64,000 nt of DNA from a virus (Duplodnaviria; Caudoviricetes). The DNA is taken from IMG/VR virus record IMGVR_UViG_3300024346_000004; one strand, given 5' to 3'. Below, one piece after another: positions 26,765-37,783 of the stretch; the stretch's first letter is position 1; every line of letters starts with the position of its first letter. Below the pieces are notes generated by a model. The model ran no database searches. It worked only from the letters and a program-made list of their open reading frames with translations, and was not told where the DNA came from. The translations under genes were made by a program, and so were the position numbers.

Positions 26765-27928
26765 TTAATTAAACATTCTATCTGGATTACCAAAAGAAAT
26801 ACGCTCAGGTAACATATATTTCTTTTGCATATCAAATGTTTCTAATGGGATATCAAACAAAGATAAATTCATATCTTTTTCTTGAATAGTATGAGTAAAT
26901 CTAATCCCTACGCTAAATGGTTTGCCTTGAATTTCATATGGGATTTTCTTCCAGAGTTCTACAGCTTGATTCATCCAGTAACCGTGATTAGAAGATGAAG
27001 TTACTATTGGAGTAGAGAACTTATAACAACCTTTAGATGGCTTATTTTTCCAAGATAAAAATATATCTAATTTACTAGCGGATAATCTATATTCTGTTAG
27101 GCGATTAAGACCACGACAGATAAGAGCTTCAAAAATAGTATAAGCTCCTTCCATAGATTTCATATTAGGGGGAAGTACGTGAGCATGGCCAATAGTAGCT
27201 GGTATATCTTTATAATGCATGCCGTAATCACAGTCTATATTACCTCTCAACATGTAATACCATCTGGCCCCAACAACACTGCCCCAAGCTTTTTTCAATT
27301 GTATTTCATCTAAAGAACATAAATCTTTTACTGAATAAATAGAAGAATTATTTAATCTCTTCTGCATTCTAGTATTAATACCGGGAAGATCTCTTAGGTT
27401 TAAGTTATATAAATCTTCATAAGATTTCACAATTGTAAATCCATTAGGTTTTTGAAAATCAGATGCAACTTTAGCTAAGAATGTATTATTACTAACTCCA
27501 ATAGAACATGACATACATTCTCCTAGTTCTTTAAAAATATCTGATTTTAATGCTGCTGATATCTTGAAATAATCTGTATCAGACATATCTTCTATATCGC
27601 AAGACATTTCATCAATAGACAATACTTTTACATTACAGAAATGTCTTTTTAAAATGCGGACCAATTTAGTATGCATCTTTACATATTCTAATGGTCTAGC
27701 TTCAACAACATTAAGTAACGGGTATTTTCTTACAGCATCCAGAACACTCATCCCAGATTTAATACCATGAGCTTTAGCTTCATAACTAGCAGCAATAGCA
27801 CAAGTATAATCAGTAAGAATAGGTACTACTATTGTGGGCTGTTTTCTATATTTCTTATTTTGTTGCTGCTCTATAGAAGAATAAAAGCTGTTCATATCAA
27901 TGAACAGCTTTCTTGCGTTGTTAGCCAT
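26765..27928 (-). CDS. dinB: Y-family translesion DNA polymerase (Pol IV/DinB-like)
   Basis: FIDMNSFYSSIEQ, AASYEAKAHGIKSGM, LSIDE, SIGVS.N.FLAKVASD..KPNG, DLPGI. Confidence 0.92.
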   Translation of the reverse strand: MANNARKLFIDMNSFYSSIEQQQNKKYRKQPTIVVPILTDYTCAIAASYEAKAHGIKSGMSVLDAVRKYPLLNVVEARPLEYVKMHTKLVRILKRHFCNVKVLSIDEMSCDIEDMSDTDYFKISAALKSDIFKELGECMSCSIGVSNNTFLAKVASDFQKPNGFTIVKSYEDLYNLNLRDLPGINTRMQKRLNNSSIYSVKDLCSLDEIQLKKAWGSVVGARWYYMLRGNIDCDYGMHYKDIPATIGHAHVLPPNMKSMEGAYTIFEALICRGLNRLTEYRLSASKLDIFLSWKNKPSKGCYKFSTPIVTSSSNHGYWMNQAVELWKKIPYEIQGKPFSVGIRFTHTIQEKDMNLSLFDIPLETFDMQKKYMLPERISFGNPDRMFN

Positions 27929-27942
27929 AAACTATTATAAGG

Positions 27943-28293
27943 CTACATGAACTTTACTGCAAGCCCTTTTTGAAGTAACAATTCATTTACATTTACCCAG
28001 CCATCCGGTCCTTTAACATAAACAATGGCAAGATATCTACCATATTTTTCTTGTTTATCCTTAATAGTTTGAACCATTATAGGTTTATTAAGGAGTAGGT
28101 CGGTTAAGAAAACTTTAGATTCCAGTCCTGCTACTCTTGTTTCACCACGAGTCTCAGGAGCGTTAATACCAGCAAATCTAAAATCCATATCGTAGAAATT
28201 GACACCGAAACCTAAATCAACCTGACAGTGAATTGTGTCTCCATCTACTACTTTTTTTACTATGGCCGAATAATAATAAAGATTATCTGTCAT
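27943..28293 (-). CDS. thermonuclease (SNase-like)
   Basis: VVDGDTI...DLGF...R..GINAPE...KYGRYLA...N..LL..GLA. Confidence 0.9.
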   Translation of the reverse strand: MTDNLYYYSAIVKKVVDGDTIHCQVDLGFGVNFYDMDFRFAGINAPETRGETRVAGLESKVFLTDLLLNKPIMVQTIKDKQEKYGRYLAIVYVKGPDGWVNVNELLLQKGLAVKFM

Positions 28294-28294
28294 A

Positions 28295-28450
28295 CTACAT
28301 TACAGGGGGAGTTGGTGGCTTAACTTCAGTATTACAAGCAAACTGAGATAAACCAACAGCTAAAACACCAAACGTTACAACATAGAAAATAATCTTAAGA
28401 TATTTGTCCATTGATGTCTTTTTAGTATTAAGAGGATCGTACACTCCCAT
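28295..28450 (-). CDS. 51-aa membrane protein or lipoprotein (below ORF-track cutoff)
   Basis: SD AGGAG; MGVYDPLNTKKTSMDKYLKIIFYVVTFGVLAVGLSQFACNTEVKPPTPPVM. Confidence 0.6.
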   Translation of the reverse strand: MGVYDPLNTKKTSMDKYLKIIFYVVTFGVLAVGLSQFACNTEVKPPTPPVM

Positions 28451-28485
28451 TTTCCTACTCCTTTCTATTTGATTTATTTCACTCT

Positions 28486-30102
28486 TTATTGGAGCATATC
28501 GCCACTAACAAGAACCTTATCGGATTCTACAGGCTTATCTACAATAAGAGTCTCTGTTGTCAATACTAGCCCTGCAATTGAAGCTGCATTCTGTAAAGCA
28601 CAACGAGTTACTTTAGCAGGATCGATAATACCAGACTCTAGCATATTAACAATCTTGCCTAGTCTAGCATCTAAACCCTTGCCTTCTTTGCTTTTTAAAA
28701 CATCATTGACAACAACATCTGGACTCATACCAGCGTTAAGGGCAATACGGCGGAGAGGAGCTTCTAATGCTTTCTTGACAATTAGGACTCCGATATTCTC
28801 ATCTTCGTCAGCAAGCTTTAGTCTTAGTTTCTTTGCAGCTCTAAGAAGAGTAACACCGCCACCAGGAACAATGCCTTCTTCAACAGCAGCTCTCGTCGCA
28901 GCCAAAGCATCTTCATAACGATACTTCTTTTCAATCATTTCAGCCTCAGTAGAAGCTCCAACTTTGATTACTGCAACACCACCAGAAAGCTTTGCGATTC
29001 TTCCAGACAAGATTCTATGTTCATAATCAGATTCTACAGATTCAAGAGTAGCCTTGATTTGTAGAATACGATCTTCAATATCTTGTCCACTTCCACCGCC
29101 ATCAACAATAGTAGTAGATTCCTTAGATACTTCAATAAGCTTCGCACTACCTAGATACTCAGAAGTAGCATCGGACAATGTACTTCCCATCTCTGAAGAA
29201 ATAACTTTACCACCTGTCAACGCAGCGAGGTCATATAAATAATCTTTCTTCTGAGCAGCAAATCCAGGTGTTTTAATCGCTACCCATGGCTTCTTACCTT
29301 GATATGCATTAATAACTAATAACTGTAATGCATCACCCTCTACAGATTCAGCAACAATAACAAGAGGACGTTTACCATTAACAATATCTGGAGTCTTTTG
29401 AATAAATTCTACAAGAGCCTTAGCATCATTGATCTTACCATCATGAAGTAATACAAAAGGATCAACATGCTTTGCAGTCATTTTTTCAGGATTATTAACA
29501 AAATGAACTGAGATATATCCCTTGTCAATTTGCATACCTTCTACAAAATCCAAAGTTGTTTCTCTGCCTCTGGATTCTTCGATAGTAATAACACCATCCT
29601 TGCCAACACCTTCCATGGCATCCGCAACAAGATTACCAACTTCAGCTTCATTTCCAGAAATTGTAGCTACGAAATTAATTTCATCTTTATTTTCAATCGG
29701 CTTGGAAATATTTCTAATAATCTCTACTACTGCATCTACGGCCTTATCAATACCACGCTTGAGACTAATTGGATTACCACCAGCAGCAACATATCTTAAG
29801 CCTTCTTTAACTAATGCTTGAGCCAGAACTGTAGCGGTGGTTGTTCCATCCCCTGCTACATCATTAGTCTTGGCAGATACTTGCTTACATAATTGAGCCC
29901 CAAGATCTTCATACGGACATTCAAGGGTGATATTTTTAGCAACTGTAACGCCATCTTTAGTAACGATTGGTCCAGAAGGAGTTTGGATAACAACATTTCT
30001 ACCACGAGGACCAAGGGTACAGGCAACAGATTCTCCAACTATTACAATACCCCGTTCAATTGCTTTACGTGATTCATCACCACTTAGAATCATTTTACTC
30101 AT
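28486..30102 (-). CDS. groEL: chaperonin GroEL (Cpn60)
   Basis: [64 protein letters not shown]; no GGM tail. Confidence 0.97.
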   Translation of the reverse strand: MSKMILSGDESRKAIERGIVIVGESVACTLGPRGRNVVIQTPSGPIVTKDGVTVAKNITLECPYEDLGAQLCKQVSAKTNDVAGDGTTTATVLAQALVKEGLRYVAAGGNPISLKRGIDKAVDAVVEIIRNISKPIENKDEINFVATISGNEAEVGNLVADAMEGVGKDGVITIEESRGRETTLDFVEGMQIDKGYISVHFVNNPEKMTAKHVDPFVLLHDGKINDAKALVEFIQKTPDIVNGKRPLVIVAESVEGDALQLLVINAYQGKKPWVAIKTPGFAAQKKDYLYDLAALTGGKVISSEMGSTLSDATSEYLGSAKLIEVSKESTTIVDGGGSGQDIEDRILQIKATLESVESDYEHRILSGRIAKLSGGVAVIKVGASTEAEMIEKKYRYEDALAATRAAVEEGIVPGGGVTLLRAAKKLRLKLADEDENIGVLIVKKALEAPLRRIALNAGMSPDVVVNDVLKSKEGKGLDARLGKIVNMLESGIIDPAKVTRCALQNAASIAGLVLTTETLIVDKPVESDKVLVSGDMLQ

Positions 30103-30168
30103 AAAATTCCTACCTTTATATTACAAAAACCTGATCGTTTTGTAAATCAAACATTTGGCCTTTTCCTA

Positions 30169-30987
30169 TTGGATTTCAGGACAATCCATAAACCTATGTA
30201 CAAAAAAAATATGATTTCAATAGTTATGGTAACTTACAATAGAGCTCATTTATTAGCTAGATCTTTAGAATTATATCATAGACAACAATACAAAGATTTT
30301 GAATTAATTGTTGTTGATGATGATTCAACTGATGATACCCAAAACTTACTTAAACAGTGGTCAAATTTCTTAGATATCAAAACAATAATCGTAAGAAAAA
30401 AACCTGGATTATGGCGTGATTGTGCAAGAAATATTAATCTTGGAATAAGAGCAGCTAAAAATGACATCATAGTTGCGACACACCCAGAAGTAATACCGGG
30501 TAGTGAAGCTTTAATTAATATATACAATAATATGCAAGATGAAATGTATTTAGCTTGTAAAATATATTACCTTACACAAGAAGAACAAATTAATATTGAT
30601 TCTGTTGACTGGAAAGAAGATACGCTCAATATTAGAAAATTAGATGGTTTTTATAATCCAGAAATAGTATCGGATTATTCCCATATAAAAATGGATCAAC
30701 ATACAGATTGGCAGTCATGGGTATTTGGTGCTATGACTAAAAAAACATGGCGTAGAATCGGTGGAATGACTGAATTTGATGAATGGGGAAGTATTGATAT
30801 GGATTTTCTTTGGAGAAGACATTTATTAAATATTCCTACCAAAACATTATTAGATTCTAGATCAATCTGTATTCATCAAAATCACGATATTGAAGGTAAT
30901 GTAATAACACCGAGGGATATGGATAAAGCAAGAAGTGTGTTACCTAATTATCCATCCCCTCAAGATGCTATACATAAAAATCTATAG
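30169..30987 (+). CDS. family 2 glycosyltransferase (start probably 30211)
   Basis: ISIVMVTYNRA..L, ELIVVDDDSTDDT, NLGIRAA, WG..D.DF..R. Confidence 0.88.
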   Translation: MDFRTIHKPMYKKNMISIVMVTYNRAHLLARSLELYHRQQYKDFELIVVDDDSTDDTQNLLKQWSNFLDIKTIIVRKKPGLWRDCARNINLGIRAAKNDIIVATHPEVIPGSEALINIYNNMQDEMYLACKIYYLTQEEQINIDSVDWKEDTLNIRKLDGFYNPEIVSDYSHIKMDQHTDWQSWVFGAMTKKTWRRIGGMTEFDEWGSIDMDFLWRRHLLNIPTKTLLDSRSICIHQNHDIEGNVITPRDMDKARSVLPNYPSPQDAIHKNL

Positions 30988-31737
30988 TGTTTTAACTAGT
31001 TCTTCATATTGCTTTAATACATGTTGATTTTTACTAATAACCCAGTATGCATCAGTAAAAACAGGCTTGATATATTTACTTAGGCAGAATCTTTCCACTG
31101 CTTTTCTAACATCATTAATCCAAATATCGTCTCCAAACATAACCCCGTCTGGAGCAAGTAATGTGTTATATGCTTGGAGATCATTATAAACATCTTCTTC
31201 TTCGTGGGATGCATCAATGAAGATTAATTCAGAAACAACATCTGCAGCTTTAAAATATCTCGCACCCATTGTTGAAGGCATAGGAAAAGGAATAACCATG
31301 TCTTGAATTCCTTCATGCATCATATTGGCAAGGAATGAATAATAAACACTAGGATATCCATTCTTTAGTTTTAATTCATCATAGCGTTCTTTGTGGAAAT
31401 CAGGGTTAGATACAAAATCATTAAACCAAGAATTGTCAATCACACTTCTTTGATGGGTGAAAAATTCTCTAGCACCTAACCAAGTATCTACACAAGCAAT
31501 CCCACAAAAATGATCCAACTCTTTAGCATACTTAGCCATCACTGAAGCTGATTTGCCCTTCCATGAGCCAGCTTCAATAATTAACGTAGGCTGAACAATC
31601 TTGATCAATGCTTCAAATGTAGCTGTAGTATGAGTCCATCCGGTTACATCATGCTTATACTTTTTATATTGAAATTTTTCATATGGATTCACTAAATGAA
31701 ATAATCTCTCTAAATTCTTAAATTCTTCTTGTGTCAT
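30982..31737 (-). CDS. class I SAM-dependent methyltransferase (Methyltransf_24-like)
   Basis: IIEAGSWKGKSA, CVDTW.G, LIFIDASH....V..D......L...GVMFGDD. Confidence 0.85.
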   Translation of the reverse strand: MTQEEFKNLERLFHLVNPYEKFQYKKYKHDVTGWTHTTATFEALIKIVQPTLIIEAGSWKGKSASVMAKYAKELDHFCGIACVDTWLGAREFFTHQRSVIDNSWFNDFVSNPDFHKERYDELKLKNGYPSVYYSFLANMMHEGIQDMVIPFPMPSTMGARYFKAADVVSELIFIDASHEEEDVYNDLQAYNTLLAPDGVMFGDDIWINDVRKAVERFCLSKYIKPVFTDAYWVISKNQHVLKQYEELVKTL

Positions 31738-31740
31738 ATT

Positions 31741-33012
31741 TTAATCCTTAAATAAATTTATTATATTATTGTATGATGGAGCTTTTGTTACAGAATTTTT
31801 ATTTTCAGAAATAGTTCTTAATGTATACAATAGACCATGATTTACAATAGATGTAGATAAATTATTATATACACCTACTTTTCCTTCGTAAGCTAAAGAA
31901 TGTGCTGTTTGCTTTTCATTAATTAAATAACGTAAAGCTGATTCCCATGTAGCTTGATTGTCACATAAAATACCACCATTGTTCAGCTTATTATATTTGA
32001 CATAAGGCTCAACATTAGAAGCTACATATGGAATACAAAGAGCATTATATTCAGCTAATTTGATCCAGGATTTACATCTATTAAAATTATTATCTAATAA
32101 TGGAGCTAAACCGATATCAAATATAGATAGAATCCAGGGATAAAAAACAAAATCAGCTTGCGGTAATAAGAAAAATCTATCAATAGGTAATTTCCAATGA
32201 TTAGCAATTATATCTAAAGCCAAATCTTTTTCACATTGTAGAGCAAATACAACATTTTCATCAAGCAAAGAATGAACAACACTACTAATGCTAATCAAAT
32301 CATTTTTATGAGTAGCTGACCCTGACCATCCTATACAAACAGTGGAAGAATCATATTTACAGTTACCAGCAAAATCTCTCCAGTTAAACTTTTCTGTAAA
32401 TTCCCAATTCCTAAATTTCAAATCTACATCTACTCCGTTGTAAATTACATGAGGATCTGAATGTGGTAATGCTTCTTTTAAATATTCAGTGCTATAAATA
32501 ACAGCATCTGAATTATCAAAACAATACTTAAAGTTATCAATATTTTGTTTCCCCCAAATAGTGCTAGGATCAAAATAAGGGAATGCGGGAGAATCTTCTT
32601 TTATATCTAGTAAATTATCATCAATATCATAGATCAAAGTAGTGTCATTATAATTACATGTTTTCCTAATAACATCAAATAGCTCTTTATCTACTAATCT
32701 TGATATGATTACATGAGAAGCATCAGCAATTAAATTCAAATCAATTTTAAGATTTTCGGGAGCTAATCTTAAATCTACTTTAATTCCTAAGCTATCTAAA
32801 TACAAAAGAGGAAGCTTGAGTCTATAATGACCACAAGCTCCTTCATCCGTAGATATACCAACGATAGATAAATCTTCATTGTCTTTACTTATATAATCAT
32901 TGATTCTATTATGATTATTAAATTCAAATTTATAATATTTATCAATACTATTTTCTACACTGTAAAATTTATTTGCATACAGCTCTATTTCTTTGCTAAT
33001 AGGTGTTCTCAT
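31741..33012 (-). CDS. GT-B glycosyltransferase (GT4-like)
   Basis: ACGHYRL..P, IYDIDDNL, IGWSGS.TH..DL, DIGLAPL.DN.FN.CKS.IK..EY. Confidence 0.8.
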   Translation of the reverse strand: MRTPISKEIELYANKFYSVENSIDKYYKFEFNNHNRINDYISKDNEDLSIVGISTDEGACGHYRLKLPLLYLDSLGIKVDLRLAPENLKIDLNLIADASHVIISRLVDKELFDVIRKTCNYNDTTLIYDIDDNLLDIKEDSPAFPYFDPSTIWGKQNIDNFKYCFDNSDAVIYSTEYLKEALPHSDPHVIYNGVDVDLKFRNWEFTEKFNWRDFAGNCKYDSSTVCIGWSGSATHKNDLISISSVVHSLLDENVVFALQCEKDLALDIIANHWKLPIDRFFLLPQADFVFYPWILSIFDIGLAPLLDNNFNRCKSWIKLAEYNALCIPYVASNVEPYVKYNKLNNGGILCDNQATWESALRYLINEKQTAHSLAYEGKVGVYNNLSTSIVNHGLLYTLRTISENKNSVTKAPSYNNIINLFKD

Positions 33013-34069
33013 ATACGTTCTCTAAGTTACCAAGGTTCTCGCCAGTAAACCAGCCTGAATGTTGGAGATTACGACAGATACTTAGGTATGTTCTACCTGC
33101 TTCTGTAATAACTCGCCCTTTAGGAGTTATACGTACAAATGGACCATTAATAATTTTGGGCATATTGTTACTCTTGAACTCTAAAGCGATTTCAGAAGTA
33201 AGGAACGGTTCAATCATATATACAACGGTTATTTCTTGCTCATTAATCATGTTAGCAATAGTACGTGAACCTAGTGTTGTATTTTCTCTAAGTAATACGG
33301 TTAGGTATTTACGAGATATAGGGTCTAATCCAACATAAGGGTCTATACGTTCCATTTTCAAGGTTTTTAGCAACATTGATGGGGTTAGATGTTCACCAAA
33401 GACCATGCCTCTAATATCTGATTCAGCAACATCAATAAGATTACGTAACATGCTATATACATTTCTAGCTGTACGTTTACATGTAGATGCCATTTTTAGT
33501 GCAGTGGTATCAGGTAAATCAAGACCATATATCCGCCGACAAGCATTCTTAGCCATACCAGACAATTGTTCATTGTTGTAATCGATAAGATAGCCTTTGT
33601 ATTGAAATCTACCAATCAGAGGACCTTTAATCATTCCACCATGAGTAGTAGCCCCAATAAGAGTAAACTTTGGAATGGATACAGTGATAGGGTTAATTAG
33701 GTTTTTGTCAAGTAATGGGCACTTAAAATCTTCCATTACAGAATATAATGCTTCTTGTACTTTTGGCGGTAATGCATGTATTTCATCAATAAACAATACA
33801 TCATGAGCCCTTACCTTTTTGAGAATATTATAAAAATCTTCCCACGTCTTAATCTTTGTAGCCATGTGTGAATGAAAAGTGACACCTAGCTCCATTGCAA
33901 AAACATTAGCCAAGGTCGTTTTACCAAGTCCAGAAGAACCAAGCAGAAGAATATGTGGTACTGGATTTAATGTCTTTTTATAAGCAGCTATTTTCATCTG
34001 CAAATATTCCTTGACATTATCTTGACCAATAATGTCTTCGAATTTGGTTGGTCTAAAATCTGTGCTCAT
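32996..34069 (-). CDS. ruvB: Holliday junction branch-migration helicase RuvB
   Basis: RPTKFEDIIGQ, Walker A GSSGLGKTT, Walker B LFIDEIH, FTLIGATT, EPFL...TPKGR; start taken at ATG 34069. Confidence 0.92.
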   Translation of the reverse strand: MSTDFRPTKFEDIIGQDNVKEYLQMKIAAYKKTLNPVPHILLLGSSGLGKTTLANVFAMELGVTFHSHMATKIKTWEDFYNILKKVRAHDVLFIDEIHALPPKVQEALYSVMEDFKCPLLDKNLINPITVSIPKFTLIGATTHGGMIKGPLIGRFQYKGYLIDYNNEQLSGMAKNACRRIYGLDLPDTTALKMASTCKRTARNVYSMLRNLIDVAESDIRGMVFGEHLTPSMLLKTLKMERIDPYVGLDPISRKYLTVLLRENTTLGSRTIANMINEQEITVVYMIEPFLTSEIALEFKSNNMPKIINGPFVRITPKGRVITEAGRTYLSICRNLQHSGWFTGENLGNLENVYENTY

Positions 34070-34140
34070 TCTGTCTTCCTTCAATCGTTCTATTCAATAT
34101 AACATAGAGAAGAACAAACTGCAACCCTGTACAAAAAATA

Positions 34141-34932
34141 GTGATGAATAACCTATTATGCTTTGTCTGCTATGGATTAGACGATGCTCTTAAATATGCT
34201 GGATGGACAAATAATCTTTTATCATGCCATAGATATTTTTTATTTATAGGAGATAAAATGCCCAGTAATGAATGGAAAAAAAATACAGATTATGTGAAAT
34301 ATATTAGAAATTTATCCAAGGTAAAAGATTATGAAAATATTTCTCAAAGATATTTTATGTATTTCACAAATTCTCAATATACTAATCTTATCATATGTCA
34401 CAATATAAAAACCACTAATGTAAACGTAATTAAGCAAATGTTTGAAGATGTTTATAAAGCACAAAAACCTATTTCTCAATTTAATATTTTAGGCATTACT
34501 AAAGAATATTTATTATTTAATAGCTCTGAAAATATAAAAATACAATCTTTACAAGAAGAAAAACAATTATCTGAACTTGAGATTGGAATGGAAATACAAA
34601 AAGCAGCTATGGGTAAAGAAGTGGATTTTGAAACTATTTTACAAGCTATTATGGAATTTGTTCTAGTAGATAATATTATGGTTCATCCTAATGTAAATAA
34701 ATATTTTACACAAGCATCTTTAATACAGTCTTACAGCAGAGATAAAAAAGGCGATTATACTGCGGTAATTATGGAAGGCATGGAAATAGATTCGTTTCAT
34801 ACTTACTTAACAAATAACAAAGGTATGTATGTAATGGTCATCAGTAAGAAAGATAGTCCACTAAAATATGAAACAATACCTTATAAAACATTTATTTGTA
34901 AAGATGGATGGAAAATAAATGTTTATTTTTAG
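34141..34932 (+). CDS. hypothetical protein
   Basis: ORF track. Confidence 0.6.
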   Translation: MMNNLLCFVCYGLDDALKYAGWTNNLLSCHRYFLFIGDKMPSNEWKKNTDYVKYIRNLSKVKDYENISQRYFMYFTNSQYTNLIICHNIKTTNVNVIKQMFEDVYKAQKPISQFNILGITKEYLLFNSSENIKIQSLQEEKQLSELEIGMEIQKAAMGKEVDFETILQAIMEFVLVDNIMVHPNVNKYFTQASLIQSYSRDKKGDYTAVIMEGMEIDSFHTYLTNNKGMYVMVISKKDSPLKYETIPYKTFICKDGWKINVYF

Positions 34933-34953
34933 ATTGAGAAAGGGGAGCTCGAT

Positions 34954-35178
34954 TTGAATATTAGTTATATTGCAGCATGTTTTTCTTTGATAGGTATTTG
35001 GTATAACATCAAAAAGAATCCTATTTGCTGGTTCTTATTTATGGTTAGTGATGGTTTGTGGTTTACATATTCCTTGTATACAGGTCAATGGGCTATAACA
35101 TTCACACACACAATGTTCATTATGGTTAATTTCTATGGAATGTATAGCTGGTCCAAAAAGAATCATAAAACAGAATAG
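34954..35178 (+). CDS. short PnuC-like membrane protein
   Basis: Three hydrophobic segments; K....W......D..W...YG.Y.W pattern. Confidence 0.6.
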   Translation: MNISYIAACFSLIGIWYNIKKNPICWFLFMVSDGLWFTYSLYTGQWAITFTHTMFIMVNFYGMYSWSKKNHKTE

Positions 35179-35199
35179 CCTCTATTTCTAGAGGCTATT
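35174..35199. terminator. bidirectional intrinsic terminator
   Basis: aatagcctcta-tttc-tagaggctatt. Confidence 0.8.
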
Positions 35200-35201
35200 T
35201 T

Positions 35202-36602
35202 TTATTCAGGTTCAGCAGTTCCTTCGAAAATTAATCCTTTAGTAAGAGGATATTTTTCAAACCAGGCTTCTAATGCTTTCTTACAGTGTTCAGCATATCT
35301 ATAATGAGCACCAATGCCAGTACGGAGTTCCATTTCATATAAGAATTTATCAGCAGTAGTAGTATGTTCAAAATAATACTTGTGCCCTAAACTTGTGAAA
35401 TAAATGTATTCTGGATGTTCATTCATCATTTCTTTAGCGAATTCTGTAGTAGATTCAAAATTCTTAGATGAGGAATGAATATCATCTACTGCATTATAAT
35501 CAGTAATGTCGCTCTGTTCAGTAGGAATCTGTTCTGTAGCACCATAGAAACCTGAAGGAATCAATGGGCAATATTTAGTTCCTGTTCTGTGGCGATTGAG
35601 GTCACGAATTTCACCAAAACTAATACTGTTCCAAGCAAACTTCACTGACATTCTTTGGACTACAGAACCAAATGGAGAATAACGATTACTACGAGTCTCA
35701 CAAGCTTTTACAATTAGCTCTTCAGGATAATAAAGATCATCAATATCAACATATGTATCATACTCATAGGTGTTGTCTATTTCTGTATATTGGCCAGCTT
35801 CTTTGTTATATTCGATTTCTGACAGAATATATTTTTGAATAGATTCCGTAGGCTTTGTATGTTTCAAAAGTCTAGGAGCGCCAATACTCATCTTGTCAGC
35901 AATTTCTTTACCAATAAGATTTAATTCTTTGAGAGGGTGAGACTGAAGATGAGCAGAAATACCCGCCCATGCTCTTGCGGATTGCATCATCATTACACCT
36001 GTTGATGCAGCTAAAGGAATATAAACTCTAGCACGATCAAAAGCATAATTTCTCTTCATTCTAGCTACAGCCTTCTTATCTTTGTCAGAATCAGAATTAA
36101 GTAATGCAGAAGGAATCTTTGTTTCTTCAGGATGTAATTCAGCTAATCTAGTCCAAGCCTTCAATGCAGTATGATAGTTGTTAAAAGCTTTCTTATTAAA
36201 ATGATTAAAAGAATCTACTAAATGCTCAGGAATACCTAATGTTTCAGCATCAACTAAACCTGATTCATCCATTTTAATGTATCTCGTTGAACATTCCTGC
36301 CCACCAGCAGTAGGAGATAATGTCCAAAGATAATATGCAGCAAATTGTGAAATTTCATCAATAAATAAAGCAATAGGTGTCATGTCCGCTATAGACTGGT
36401 GACCATAATCAAGCATCTTGAAAATTCCATCTACAGACTTATCAAGATTACTAGGATCAATTTTACTTACAATGGAATCAAGGCCTTCATTATTTCTTGA
36501 ATATCTAGCACCTGTAGCGGCTAATAGTTCAGGAGTAAGAGCATGACAGCCTAATTCATCTGCCTTTTGTGTCGGTTTGATTGATACGTATTGAATTTTC
36601 AT
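35202..36602 (-). CDS. thyX: FAD-dependent thymidylate synthase-like, long duplicated-domain form
   Basis: ARYSR, YGHQSIAD, QECSTRYI, AFDRAR..IP, RDLNRHRT, ELRT..GAH..Y; start at ATG 36602. Confidence 0.75.
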   Translation of the reverse strand: MKIQYVSIKPTQKADELGCHALTPELLAATGARYSRNNEGLDSIVSKIDPSNLDKSVDGIFKMLDYGHQSIADMTPIALFIDEISQFAAYYLWTLSPTAGGQECSTRYIKMDESGLVDAETLGIPEHLVDSFNHFNKKAFNNYHTALKAWTRLAELHPEETKIPSALLNSDSDKDKKAVARMKRNYAFDRARVYIPLAASTGVMMMQSARAWAGISAHLQSHPLKELNLIGKEIADKMSIGAPRLLKHTKPTESIQKYILSEIEYNKEAGQYTEIDNTYEYDTYVDIDDLYYPEELIVKACETRSNRYSPFGSVVQRMSVKFAWNSISFGEIRDLNRHRTGTKYCPLIPSGFYGATEQIPTEQSDITDYNAVDDIHSSSKNFESTTEFAKEMMNEHPEYIYFTSLGHKYYFEHTTTADKFLYEMELRTGIGAHYRYAEHCKKALEAWFEKYPLTKGLIFEGTAEPE

Positions 36603-36708
36603 ATTTTTAATATTACCTTGCAAATAGAGCGCCCTTCCCTTTTGTATAGACGGTATTTGCAAGGCTACAAATTATTATACTGCTAATGACTTCAAATATC
36701 AATGAGCA

Positions 36709-36733
36709 AGGAATATAAACATCAAGAAAAGAA
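36709..36733 (+). promoter_or_regulatory. putative phage late promoter AGG-N18-AGAA
   Basis: Upstream of 36773, which has an SD (GAGG). Confidence 0.6.
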
Positions 36734-36772
36734 AATAAGAAATAGCGTACTGATCATAATGAGGTTTATCAG

Positions 36773-37783
36773 ATGAGTGTAGTTTTTTCACAATATAATA
36801 GCATGCTTCAGGCAGAAATTTCTTCTGGAGTAATTACTGGACAATTTGTTTATTTTACATTACCTTGGTGGTCTAGAAGTGATATTAGATCTATCAGAGT
36901 ATGGAACACAACAGGGACAAATATTTCAAGCGGATATAATATTTATTTATTAAGTAATGGTGCTCATTACAGATATTCTTCAACTGAAAATGATCACTTT
37001 AGAGGAATGGCTTTATCTGTTGCAGCTAAATCAGATCAATTGTATACAGGTATAGCTAATTTCAACCCACCAGTATTTATGGAAACAGAATATAATGAGA
37101 ATTATACATATGTGATGATTGATTTAGGAGCATCTAAAACATCTATCAATGTTATGATTGATGTAGTTGGTCAAAAAACATTCGGGGTCAAAACCGATTA
37201 TATGGGTAAAGCACCTCATTATAATGCTAAGGATTATAGAATTCTTATCGGTAAAGCACAATCTGGAGCTGGTGGTACGGGTGGAACAATATATGACGTT
37301 ACTCAGCCTTTGACAAACAGAGGTGGCTTTAATGCATCCCAGGCATCATTCTCAGATGGTAATGATTATATCTATATAGGTTCAAGCGAAAAAATGAACC
37401 ATTGGGATTTTAACCTTACTACACCATCTACCATCAACACAACCTTAACAATGGAATATTGGAACGGTACTACTTGGTCATCATCAAATACATCTCTTGT
37501 TGATAATACTTCTACAGGCAACTCAGATACAATGAAATTCTCTGGTTTAGTAGAAGTAAAAGGAACATGGCAAACAGCTTGGCTTCCTACAATCTTAGAA
37601 GGAACTAGCCCAAGACCATTAGATCCTCTTACAACTTTACATAATAGTATCAACGCTGGAACTATGAGAATGGCTCTTACTCCTCCAAATCCTCCTAGAT
37701 ACTGGGTAAGATTCAAAGTTGGAAGTACTGTAGGAAGCACAATCGTAATAAATCATATTCTTCCTGTAAAAGAATATTATTAA
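36773..37783 (+). CDS. putative virion structural protein (beta-rich)
   Basis: Thr/Gly/Ser-rich; YIYIGS...MEYWNGTTW...RYWVRF; late-type promoter. Confidence 0.55.
   Translation: MSVVFSQYNSMLQAEISSGVITGQFVYFTLPWWSRSDIRSIRVWNTTGTNISSGYNIYLLSNGAHYRYSSTENDHFRGMALSVAAKSDQLYTGIANFNPPVFMETEYNENYTYVMIDLGASKTSINVMIDVVGQKTFGVKTDYMGKAPHYNAKDYRILIGKAQSGAGGTGGTIYDVTQPLTNRGGFNASQASFSDGNDYIYIGSSEKMNHWDFNLTTPSTINTTLTMEYWNGTTWSSSNTSLVDNTSTGNSDTMKFSGLVEVKGTWQTAWLPTILEGTSPRPLDPLTTLHNSINAGTMRMALTPPNPPRYWVRFKVGSTVGSTIVINHILPVKEYY

Noticed and set aside
28469-30145. Several + strand ORFs opposite groEL (and similar ones opposite trxB, ruvB, nusG and the tailspike genes)
   Set aside because: Antisense shadows of conserved genes caused by codon bias.
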